Below, piece by piece: positions 7,723-17,468 of a stretch of DNA of 64,000 nucleotides. Positions within the stretch are counted from its first letter, which is position 1, and the number at the start of each line of letters is the position of its first letter. The translations under genes and the position numbers were made by a program. Under the pieces are notes generated by a model. The model searched no databases. It was not told the DNA's origin and saw only the letters and a list, made by a program, of their open reading frames with translations. The DNA lies in NCBI GenBank assembly GCA_963840305.1, contig CAWIYE010000003.1, positions 134,739-198,738 of the forward strand, given 5' to 3'. Origin of the DNA: an uncultured Verrucomicrobiae bacterium. Its GTDB lineage: Bacteria; Verrucomicrobiota; Verrucomicrobiia; Chthoniobacterales; UBA10450.

Positions 7723-8555
7723 TTCTAATGGCGCTCTGCGAAGGGACGCCGATTCGCGCCGTGCGCTCGCATGTTCAAGACTAGGCAAGAACACGATTCA
7801 AGCGTGTCATTCGTGAAACCGGCGAAGCGTTCGCAGATTACATGGACAGAAACTTTCGTGATCTGCCGTGCATCCGAATCGAGATGGATGAACAATGGCA
7901 GTATGTCGGCGTCACGGAGGCAGACTTCCGATAAGACGACAAGACAGAGCGCGGCGATTTTTGGCTGTGGTGCTGCATCGACGCGGACACGAAACTGGTC
8001 TTTTCGCACAAGGTTGGAAAGCGTGATTGCTGGACGGGCAACACGTTTGTTGAGGATGTTCGCAATCGCGTGAGGCTTCCGGTTCAGATCGCAACCGACA
8101 ATCACAGGCCATACGCTTTTCACATTCGCCAACATTTCGGATATGAGGGCTACAGCTACGGAACCGAAACAAAGGTATTCGGCGAGCCGAAGCTGCCAGA
8201 CGGCACGCTGGCACGTCTCGGACGCAATGAAGGCGTCCGCAGGATGCAGACAGCGGAACGCGCGGCAGTGGTAGGCTCGCCGGACTTAGAAAGCCTTACC
8301 ACGAGCCACGTAGAGCGCGCGTTCCTGACCGTGCGGCAGGAATTGAAGCGATTTGAGCGCAAAGGACTTGGCTACAGCAAGAGCTTGGAAATGCACAAGC
8401 TGGCGGTCGCGCTGCATTTCGGCGTTTACAATTTCGTGCGGAAACATCACAGCGCTCGGAACTACGCCAGCGGTAGCCGCTGGCTTGAAGAAAAGCCGTG
8501 GAGTTTAGAACAGGTCGTGGAAATGACGGAAGCCTATTGCTCGCGACGAAAATGA
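7683..8555 (+). mobile_element. IS1/IS1595-like DDE transposase gene, inactivated
   Basis: A single frame from ATG 7683 to TGA 8553-8555 gives IEMDEQWQYVG..., DFWLWCCIDADTKLVFSHKVGKRD, QIATDNHRPY, TSHVERAFLTVRQELKRFERKGLGYSKSLEMH and YNFVRKH. It is interrupted by an in-frame TAG (7782-7784) and TAA (about 7935-7937), plus local compensating frameshifts near 8455. A TTGACT-17-TATATT promoter-like site lies at about 7640-7668. Confidence 0.7.
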
Positions 8556-8575
8556 ATCTGACCCAACACCACATC

Positions 8576-8625
8576 GATTTTATATGACATATATTGTCTG
8601 ATGTTATTGGCATGCGCCGTAGGCC
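8576..8625 (+). repeat. Junction repeat E9 (short, terminal copy)
   Basis: CAACACCACATCGATTTTATATGACATATAT matches the end of module B plus the left end of the E repeat. Left box ATATGAC at 8582-8588; right end CGTAGGC at 8618-8624. Confidence 0.5.
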
Positions 8626-8772
8626 TGTTGCCTGAGGCCCTTTCGAGTCCTTCCCCTGCATTGGTCCCCTGCTGCGGTCTTTTTTAAATTAGCGGTGGGA
8701 TTCGCCTAGTTGCGCTACCTTGACGTTCCTGCGGCCGGTGTTAGCGTCGCGAAATTTCGGTAACGTGTAGAT

Positions 8773-9289
8773 ATGATGAAGACTTTGCGCAGCGGTTCGA
8801 TTTCTTGTCTGATGATCGCCGCGCTTTTCATTCTTGGCTCCGCGAGACCGGCCTGGGCAGCTGACCAGGTCCTCTCCGGAAGCATTAAGGAAATGATGTC
8901 TCCGGAGGAATTTAAGGCGGCAGGCCTAAATAAGCTCTCGTCCGAAGAGCTGGAAAAGCTCAATGCCTGGTTGCAGGGATACCGGGAAACCACCGAGAAA
9001 GTCACCGAGAAAAAGACTGAAAAGAGGGTTGCTGCGATCCAATCATTCTTCCACCATGACCCGATCGTAAGCCGGGTCGATGGTTCGTTTGCCGGTCTTA
9101 AGGGCCACACAGTGATCAAGCTCGAAGACGGAACGACCTGGAAGCAAGCAAACCTAGACGACCACTGCGGGCCCGAGTCCGATCGACCATCCTGGAGCGG
9201 CAGTTGTGTGGGCGGGTTTGGGTTACAAGATGCGAATTCAAGGTGTGGCGGAATTCTATGTTAATCCGGTGAAAACGCCGCCTAAGTGA
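8773..9289 (+). CDS. Secreted protein of unknown function; C-terminal frameshift
   Basis: Signal peptide ending ARPAWA. After about 9180 a second frame gives a more plausible end ...VVWAGLGYKMRIQGVAEFYVNPVKTPPK, with TGA at 9287-9289. Confidence 0.5.
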
Positions 9290-9305
9290 TTTGCGTTAGT
9301 GTGAT

Positions 9306-10557
9306 TTACGTCAGCGGCTGCGTCGCAGCGGCGGCGGACATCAATCGAGCCAGACCGAACTCGCTGTGTATCAGGCGCGCTGCGCGCTCCGCATCCTTTT
9401 CGTCGATGACGACCGCGATCTTGATCTCGGAAGTGGAAACCAGTTGAATGTTGATCTCGCCGCGGCCCAGGCACTCGAACATTCGTGCCGCGACGCCGGA
9501 GTGCGATCGCATGCCGATACCGACCACGCTCAGCTTCGCCACTCCGCTTGACGTATTCAGGCGTTTCGCGCCGATCTCCCCGACTACGGGCATCAGGATT
9601 TTACGGGCGTTCTCCAGTTCGTCCTCGTGAATCGTGAATGAAACGTCGGTCGTTCCGCTGATCGACGCATTTTGCACAATCATGTCCACGACGATGTGCG
9701 CCGCGGCGACGTTGGAGAAAATTCGCCCCGCAATTCCTGGTTTGTCGGGCACGCCTGCGATGGTGAGTTTCGCCTGGTGACGATCGAGGCTGATCCCGCG
9801 AATCACCACATCCTCCATGCTGGCGCTCTCTTCTTTCGCGATTGTTCCCCTGCTCTTGTTGAAACTCGAGCGCACCTCGAATTCGACGCCGAACTTTTTG
9901 GCAAATTCTACGGCTCGCGACTGCATTACTTTTGCACCGCCACTGGCCATTTCGAGCAGTTCGTCGTAAGCGATCTCGTCGAGTTTCTTCGCCTCTTTTA
10001 CAATTCGGGGATCGCAGGTGAAAACTCCATCGACATCGGTGAAAATCTGACATGCGTCGGCATTCAACGCGCCCGCCAGGGCAATTGCCGTCAAGTCTGA
10101 GCCGCCGCGTCCCAGCGTGGTGGTTTCTCCTTCCGGAGTCTGCCCTTGAAATCCCGCGACGATCACGATGTAATCGTCCGATAGCAGTTCGTGAATTTGC
10201 TTCGGACTGATGTTGGCGATTCGCGCCCTGGCGTGGTTGCGGTCAGTTAAAATTCCGGCCTGCGCACCGGTCAGCGAAATGGCTCGTCCACCAAGTGCGT
10301 TCACCGCCATCGCGGTCAGAGCAGTGGCGGCATGTTCGCCAGTCGCTAGCAAAATATCGAGTTCGCGCTCGGTAGGATTCGGCGATATCTCGCGCGCGAG
10401 TTTGAGCAAGGTTGTCGGTCACGCCCGCCATCGCAGAGATGACCGCCACCACCTGACAGCCTTGACGTTGCGTTTCAACAAGCCGGCGTGCAACGCTCTG
10501 AATACGCTTCGGAGTGCCGACGGAAGTGCCGCCATATTTTTGAACTACCAGAGGCAT
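9306..10557 (-). CDS. lysC: Aspartate kinase
   Basis: N-terminus [14 protein letters not shown] (ORF 10243..10557) joins ORF 9306..10409, which carries the kinase core and C-terminal ACT-domain region. One frameshift near 10400. Confidence 0.85.
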
Positions 10558-10591
10558 GTCAGATGGAGCTTAATTCCGTGTTTTCATAACC

Positions 10592-10793
10592 GTCATTCCG
10601 AGCAGAGTCGAGGAATCCCGTTGCGATATCTTAAGCTTCAATCGCGGGATCCTTCGACTCCTCCCGCGACGGCGGGATCCGCTCAGGATGACCGCGTTTT
10701 CCGTTCGTTCGTTCGGGCTTGCACATTCCTTCGTCATTCGTCATTAGGATTTCGTCATTTTCAGCCATGTCTCGACTTCGCTCGACATGACAC
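10592..10793. repeat. REP cluster, family 1 (GTCATTCCGAGC...TCGAGGAATC / GATGTCTCGACT..GCTCGACATGAC)
   Basis: A forward copy at 10592-10619, an inverted partner at about 10643-10692, and a further unit at 10766-10793, all in the lysC-thrC gap. Confidence 0.7.
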
Positions 10794-10806
10794 GTGGTCG
10801 GACGCG

Positions 10807-11870
10807 CTACAGTCCAATTGCGCGTCGCACATCGTTCACCGTCGCGGCAACGGGTTTGAGTTTTTTCATGCGCTGAATAACTGCGTCGGGATCTTTCAAG
10901 CCGTGTCCTGTGACTGTGCAAATTATCCGACTCGTCTCGGGAATTTCTTGGAATGAGTACGCCGCTTCGCGTGAATCGCAGCATTTGAACAATCCGGCGA
11001 TCGCTGCCGCGCTGGCAGGTTCGACAAAAATTCCTTCATGCCGAGCCAGCCAACTCTGCGCTGCGACAATCTCTTCGTCGCTCACCACGTCGATTGCTCC
11101 GCGCGATTCGGTGATGGCCGCGCGCGCTTGTTTCCAGCTTGCCGGATTCCCGATTCGAATTGCGGACGCGATCGTTTCCGGTTTTTCGATGATTCGGTTA
11201 TGAAAAATCGGCGCTGCCCCAGCCGCCTGAAATCCAATCATCACCGGCAGTTTCGTCGAGTTTTCACGTGCGCGATACTCCCGATATCCCGCCCAATAGG
11301 CAGTGATGTTTCCGGCGTTGCCGACTGGCAGCAAATGAAAATCGGGCGCATCGCCCAATTCATCGACAATTTCAAACGCGGCGGTCTTCTGTCCTGCGAT
11401 TCGGTCCGGATTGATGGAATTTACAACGACGAAGTCGCCGCTCTCGCCGAGCTCGCGCACGATTCGCAGAGCATCATCAAAATTGCCGTCGATCGCTACG
11501 ATTTTTGCACCGTAAACGAAAGCTTGCAGTAATTTCCCCGTCGCAATTTTTCCCGCAGGCAGAATGACGACGCATGAAATCCCTGCCCGCGCCGCATAGG
11601 CAGCTGCCGACGCGGACGTATTTCCGGTTGACGCGCAGATGATCGCCTGTCGCGCCACGCTCCAGCGCCTTGGACACGGCCACGGTCATGCCGCGATCCT
11701 TGAATGAGCCTGTCGGATTGACCCCTTCGTTTTTGACAAAGACTTCACAGCCGCGGCCAACCCGATTGCTTAATTGCGGACAATGAATCAGCGGTGTGTT
11801 CCCCTCGCCCAAAGAGACAATCGGCGTCGAGGCAGAGAACTGGGAGAAATTCGCGGTAATGTTCGATCAC
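10807..11870 (-). CDS. thrC: Threonine synthase
   Basis: [19 protein letters not shown] (PLP-binding Lys motif) and [18 protein letters not shown]. The gene is split over ORFs 10807..11658 and 11477..11812, plus an upstream piece [11 protein letters not shown]. At least 2 frameshifts; the start is approximate. Confidence 0.85.
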
Positions 11871-11976
11871 TCCCCTACTCCGCTGTGATTTTGCTGTTGC
11901 CGAGTCCATCTAGATTTCTTATGCGAAGCAAATCCGCCCGATTGTCGATCTAAAAGCGCGATGTAAAGTCAACCGT

Positions 11977-13945
11977 ATGCCGGCCCTTAGCAAAGAAGAT
12001 AAGCTGCGGCTGTTGACCACGATGCTGGAGAGTCGCCATGCGGATTTGCGCGAGCAGAATCTGATTCGGCAGGGCAAGGGACATTTTCACGTTTCCGGAA
12101 TGGGTCACGAGGCGCTGGCGGCGGTCTCCGTTCCAAATGGAACCGGGCGATTACATCGTTTCTTATTATCGCGACCGCGGACTGGTGCTCGGGCGCGGCA
12201 TGACCACGCGGCAGCTTGGTCTCGAATATTTCGCCAAGAGAAATACCGGAAGCGGCGGGCGCCAGATGCCGTCGCATTACAGCAACGCGGACCTGCACAT
12301 CTGGAGTGTGCCGACGCCGACCGGTTCGCAGCTGCTCCCCGCCTGCGGCATCGCCTGGGGCATTCAGCTCGATGGCAAAAAAAATCTCGTTGTAACCACC
12401 GTCGGCGACGCCGCGACTCGGCAGGGAGATTTTTTTGAAGCGATCTGTTTCGCCAAAGAGAAAAAACTTGCCCGTGCTCTTTCTCGTCGAAGACAACGCG
12501 TACGGCATCAGCATGCCCACGCGCGAAGACTAATCCACTCGCGTTGAATGTTCTCGAGTCTGAAAACTGGCGACGGATCGATGGAGAAAACGTGCAACAG
12601 GTCTACGACGCGCAGCGGAAGCGTTCGAAAAGATTCGCGCCGGTGGCGGGCCGTTCTTTTTCTGGATCAAGATGGAACGGCTCTCCAGTCACACCAGTTC
12701 TGACGATCAGAAACTTTATCGCAGCGAGGAGGAACTGCGGGGACTCGGAAAAATTCGATCCGCTTAAATGCTGGAAGGATCAACTGATCGAGGAAGGCAT
12801 TATCAGTGCAGAGGAATTCGCGAAGCTCGACAACGAAATTAAGGAGCGCATTCGTCGCGAATACGCCGAAGCCGAAAAAGCCGAGGACCCCTCGCCTAAC
12901 GAGCTTCTCGCCAACGTCAGCAAACCGCTGCCAAAGATCGACAAGGAAATTCTGCCGCCCGGGAAAATATCGGATTGGCGATACCGTGAACAAGACCTTG
13001 CGCGCGGGTTTAGAGGAAGATCCGCGACGAATTCTTTTCGGCGAAGACATCGAAGATCCAAAGGGCGGCGTGTTCCGTCTCACACAGAAACTTTCGACCG
13101 AGTTTCCGAAGCAGGTCTTCAATTCGCCGCTTGCTGAATCGACGATTCTCGGAGTCGCCTGCGGCCTGGCTGCGTACGGAAAGCGCCCAGTGTTCGAGGT
13201 GCAATTCATCGATTTCATTTATCCCGGATTCAATCAACTCGTTACCAACATCTCGAATTTGCGGTGGCGATCATTCGGCAACTGGAAATGTCCAGCCGTC
13301 ATTTATGCGCCTTATGGTGCGTACCTCCCCGGCGGCAGTTTGTGGCATAGCCAGGCGAATGAATCGGCGCTCGCACATTATCCCGGACTGAACGTCGTCA
13401 TTCCCAGCACGCCAGCAGACGCCGCAGGATTGCTTTGGACTGCGATGCACGGTGAGGACCCGGTGATTTTCTTAATTCCAAAGCATTTGCTCTGGGCCGA
13501 ACACGAATATGCAGAGCCAATCCGGGCCGTTCCGTTTGGGCGTGCGCGTCGATGCACAAACGGCTCCGATGTGACGGTGGTCGCCTGGGGAAATACGATC
13601 GAAAAATCTCTCGAAGCGATTGCGAAGATCGACAATGAAATCAGCGTCGAGTTGATTGACCTGCGATCGATCGTTCCGTGGGACAAGGCCGCAATCGAAG
13701 ATTCAGTGCACAAGACTAGACGACTCGTTGTGGTGCAGGAAGACACCGAGAACTGCAGCGTCGGGCAAATGATTATTTCCCACATCTCGAGCACGCCTGA
13801 ACTCTGGAATCGAACTGATCAGTCCGCCGATTCTCGTCAGCAAAGCCAACGTGATGATCGGCTACAATCCGATCTACGAATACGCGGCGTTGCCGGACGT
13901 AGAACGCATCGTCGCTGCGATCAGGCGTTCAGTTGCAACCAAACA
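11977..13945 (+). CDS. 2-oxoacid (branched-chain/pyruvate-type) dehydrogenase E1 component, fused alpha-beta subunits
   Basis: The alpha part spans ORFs 11977.., 12137.. and 12544.. (YRDRG..., [27 protein letters not shown] in a shifted frame). The beta part is ORF 12806..13975 ([34 protein letters not shown]). The two are joined by a linker with no stop. At least 4 frameshifts. Confidence 0.8.
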
Positions 13946-14066
13946 TGCACGCGCAGTTGTAGCCGCGGGCGCTGACCGCGGCCGTCCGGTGCCAGAACCA
14001 GAGTTCGCCCGGCCGGGATCAACGCCCCCGGCTACAGCGGATACGGGCCAACGTCGCAGCGAAAGC

Positions 14067-15098
14067 ATTACGGTGCCAGTCATGGGCGAAGGAATTCGCA
14101 ACGCGAAAATTGTTTCGCTTTTGAAAAAGACGGGCGATCCCGTCGCGCTGGATGACGAATTGTGCGAAGTGGAAACCGACAAAGCGGTTTATCCGATCCA
14201 ATCATCGTTCGCTGGAGTCATGGGCGAATGGAAAACGAAAGTCGGCGACACGGTCGAGATCGGTCAGCAACTTGGCACACTTCTCACCGACGAAGCGTCG
14301 CTTGCAGATCAGTTTCAACGGGCTGCTGAAACTTCGCCACATCGCGAAGCTGTAGCCGCGGACGCTGACCGCGGCGTCGCCTTGCCGAACCGCGAGGCAA
14401 GGTCACCGACCTGGGTTACAGGAATCGAGCCGGCGCTTTCGTCTACGATCACGCGCAAGCTCAGCCAAGTTATTCCGGCCAACCTGCAAATCGATGCGCG
14501 CTGGGACGCGATTCGGGAAGCGCGCGAGGCAGCAAAAAAGAAAGATCCGAAGCATGCTCCCTCCCCTTCCGTCATGATCGCGTGGTCAGTGGTGCGCGCG
14601 ATGGAAAAACATGCGCCTTTCCGACGACTGATTCTCGAAGACGATCAGATTGTACAGAATGACGATTTCGATCTTGGCGTTGCGGTTGCGCTCGAGGGCG
14701 ATCGCCTGGCAACCGCGGTAATCACAAATGCAAATAAAAAAAGCTGGCCGGAATTCGTAAAGATTTACGACGAGGCCGTTGCTGCTACTCGCAGCGGTCG
14801 CGTTGATGCTATGAATGCTCCAGTGGTAATCACGAGTCTCGGTGCGTTTGGAGTCAAAGCTGGCGCGCCGATTGTCGTACCGCCATCAGTCGGCACGCTT
14901 TTCGTCGGCACTGCGCATCACGAATTAATTCCTAACAAAAACAAAAACGAAAGTGCAGAGGTAATTACACTCTCACTCACATTCGATCATCGGGTCGTAA
15001 ACGGCGCCGGCGCAGCGGCCTTTGCCAACGAAATCAAAGAACAAATCGAAGGATTTAAAATCCCGAAGCCAGATAAACCTGCCACCGCGTCAGCGTGA
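14067..15098 (+). CDS. Dihydrolipoamide acyltransferase (E2); the start is unresolved
   Basis: Lipoyl domain (ITVPVMGEGIRNAKIV...CEVETDKAVYPI) and catalytic domain with FDHRVVNGAGAAAF. There is no in-frame stop or ATG between the E1-beta tail (from 13851) and the lipoyl domain. Confidence 0.75.
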   Translation: MTVPVMGEGIRNAKIVSLLKKTGDPVALDDELCEVETDKAVYPIQSSFAGVMGEWKTKVGDTVEIGQQLGTLLTDEASLADQFQRAAETSPHREAVAADADRGVALPNREARSPTWVTGIEPALSSTITRKLSQVIPANLQIDARWDAIREAREAAKKKDPKHAPSPSVMIAWSVVRAMEKHAPFRRLILEDDQIVQNDDFDLGVAVALEGDRLATAVITNANKKSWPEFVKIYDEAVAATRSGRVDAMNAPVVITSLGAFGVKAGAPIVVPPSVGTLFVGTAHHELIPNKNKNESAEVITLSLTFDHRVVNGAGAAAFANEIKEQIEGFKIPKPDKPATASA

Positions 15099-15233
15099 AT
15101 AGCGGAGGTCTTATCAATATTCCCAGTGTGGGCTGGACAGCGCGGGCGCCGAGTGACATAGAAGAGGAGCCCGAAGGGTGAGCTCGCTGGCGCGAGCGAA
15201 TCAAACGCCCTACAATTTGTCTACCCGCATGCC

Positions 15234-15839
15234 ATGACTACGGCCAACAAAATTACCATCATTCGGATTCTGATGATTCCGGCTTTCGTCACGATGGCGA
15301 TTTATTACGGCCAAAGCATTCAACGCGGCGCGCCACTCGAATGGATGCGCTTTACTGCAATTGCCATTTTTCTGATCGCTGCCGTCAGCGATGGTTTGGA
15401 TGGCTACGTCGCACGCCGCTACAATCAAAGGAGTTCGCTGGGAGTCATTCTCGATCCGATCGCCGACAAGGGCCTGCTGTTGAGCGGCATTATTACGCTA
15501 AGCATTAGCAATTGGAGTGAGGTTGATCCTGACTACGGAAGATTCCCTGCATGGTTCCCCGTTCTCGTGATTTCGCGCGACGCCATTCTTTTCGTCGGCG
15601 CAGGCGTTTTGTATTTGCTCATTGGCAAGGTGCACGTGAAACCGAGCTGGACCGGCAAAGTGGCGACTGTGTTACAGATGATCGCTATCGGCTGGGTCAT
15701 GCTGCAACTGCAACTGTTTCCCCTGCTCTATGTTGTGATTGCAGCCGGTTTTTTCACTTTAGTCTCCGGAATCATTTACGTCGCAGACGGCGTCCGGCAA
15801 TTGCAGGCTGCGGGCCATGCCCACCCGGCGAAACCGTAA
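15234..15839 (+). CDS. pgsA: CDP-diacylglycerol--glycerol-3-phosphate 3-phosphatidyltransferase
   Basis: CDP-alcohol phosphatidyltransferase motif DGLDGYVARR...GVILDPIADK in a multi-TM protein. Confidence 0.85.
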   Translation: MTTANKITIIRILMIPAFVTMAIYYGQSIQRGAPLEWMRFTAIAIFLIAAVSDGLDGYVARRYNQRSSLGVILDPIADKGLLLSGIITLSISNWSEVDPDYGRFPAWFPVLVISRDAILFVGAGVLYLLIGKVHVKPSWTGKVATVLQMIAIGWVMLQLQLFPLLYVVIAAGFFTLVSGIIYVADGVRQLQAAGHAHPAKP

Positions 15840-17350
15840 TGCGGCCTGCTGCGGTGAACGACGCGAACATGCTGCCGAATGTTGCAATCGTCGGCCGGCC
15901 GAACGTAGGCAAGTCCGCGCTTTTCAATCGGCTGGTCGGCCGGAAGATTGCCATCGTTCATGATCAACCCGGAATCACACGCGACCGGATTTCTGCGATT
16001 TGCACTCGCGGCGCGCGCCCGTTCACCCTGTGGGACACCGGCGGCATGGCGGTCCCGCAGGCGCGGGATGAGCTGAGCGCGCAAGTGCGGCGCGCTGCAG
16101 ACGACGCGCTGAGCGAGAGCGATCTTCTTCTTTTCGTTGTCGATGCCAAGGAGGGGTTGTCGCCCATCGATGAAGAGCTGGCGCGCCTGCTGCGCAAATC
16201 TCAAAAACCTGTTTTGCTCGTGATCAACAAGATCGACAATGAAAAGCACGAGCCGCTGGCAGCAGAGTTCGATTCGTTAGGCTTCGAACCGAGCTTTTCG
16301 ATCAGCGCAGAACATGACCGCGGAATTACGGATTTGTTAGCCGCAATCGAGCAGCGTCTCCCCTCGCCCGTTGCTCCAGGTGATCTCAAACCTCAAACCT
16401 CAAACCTCAAACCTGCATTGGCCATTGCCATCGTCGGCCGGCCGAACGTTGGGAAGTCTTCGCTCATTAATTCAATTGTGCGCAGTGAGCGCGCGATTGT
16501 AAGCGAATTACCCGGAACCACGCGCGATGCCGTTGACATTCTATACGAACGCGACGGCCAGAAATTCGTTTTCATCGACACTGCGGGCATTCGCCGACGT
16601 GGAAAACATTCGAGTTCAGTTGAGGTTTTCAGCGTCATGCGCGCAGAGCGAAGTATTCGCCGTGCTGACGTCTGCTGTTTTGATTGTCGATCTCACGATG
16701 GGCGTAACCGCGCAGGACAAACGGATTGCGGGATTGATCCAAAAAGAGCGCAAGGCGGCTATTCTTGTTTTGAACAAATGGGACTTGATCAGACCGCAAC
16801 GGAACCGAAAGCAAATGGTCTCGCGGCTTGTCGATGAAACGCGCGCGGGGATTTTCTTTCTGGAATTTTGCTCCGGTGCTGATTGCATCTGCGCTGACCG
16901 GCGAAAATATTGATCAACTATTTGCGCTCATTGAAAAAATCCAACGCGCGGCCCGGCAGCGCATCGGTACCGGAGTCTTGAACCGATTGTTGCGACAAGC
17001 GTTTGATGCAAATCCGCCGCCACTGGTAAAAGGGAAACGCTTGAAATTATTTTACGCAGCGCAAACAAGGAGCAGCGGCCTGCCCGCCGTAGCCTCGGCG
17101 AAGGCGCGTCTCTCGGCGTAGTCCCTGGACGCCGAAGCGTTGCGGCGAGCAGGGCGATCAGTCCGCCGAAGGAGAGGTTGACCGCATGTCACGCGGTGAA
17201 AAACCGCTCCAGCCTCCGGAATTCGTTCTTTTCGTGAATGACCCCCGGCTGATGAACGAAACTTATCGTCGTTATCTCGAAGCGCGCATTCGCAAAGCCG
17301 AACCATATCCCGGCCTGCCGATCATGTTAACCCTGCGCCCGCGGACACAA
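15839..17350 (+). CDS. der: Ribosome-associated GTPase Der/EngA
   Basis: Two G domains (GRPNVGKSALFNRL and GRPNVGKSSLINSI) and a C-terminal KH-like domain (PPEFVLFVNDP...YRRYLEARIR). The ATG at 15839 overlaps the pgsA stop (TAATG). There are several frameshifts and a roughly 124-nt insertion at 17068-17191. The 3' end is uncertain. Confidence 0.85.
16385..16412 (+). repeat. Heptanucleotide tandem repeat (CTCAAAC x4) inside the der inter-G-domain linker
   Basis: Four exact 7-nt units, translated in frame as LKPQTSNLKP. Confidence 0.8.
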
Positions 17351-17468
17351 AATATGCCAGAAGCAGGGCGCAGATCGCATTCCTCTGGGAAAGCATCGCA
17401 CCGGAAGGAGGCGGTTGCATCGGGTTTGATCGAACGTTCTCCCAGCCGAACATGTCTGACCAGACCGT

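Noticed and set aside
2624-7937. Stop-codon reassignment or pyrrolysine as the explanation for in-frame TAG/TAA
   Set aside because: TAA and TAG clearly terminate well-conserved genes in the same window (for example pgsA, nadD, nagZ and the 3263..3580 ORF). The interrupted genes also carry frameshifts. Pseudogenisation is the simpler explanation.
276-8625. CRISPR array as the explanation for the regularly spaced repeats
   Set aside because: The repeats are 43-140 bp, variable in length and only partly conserved. The intervening segments are 250-1000 bp and contain ORFs with start and stop signals. No cas genes are present.
10558-10806. Lysine riboswitch or T-box type leader upstream of lysC
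   Set aside because: The 250-nt gap is fully accounted for by REP family 1 units and their inverted partners. I could not recognise any L-box conserved helices.
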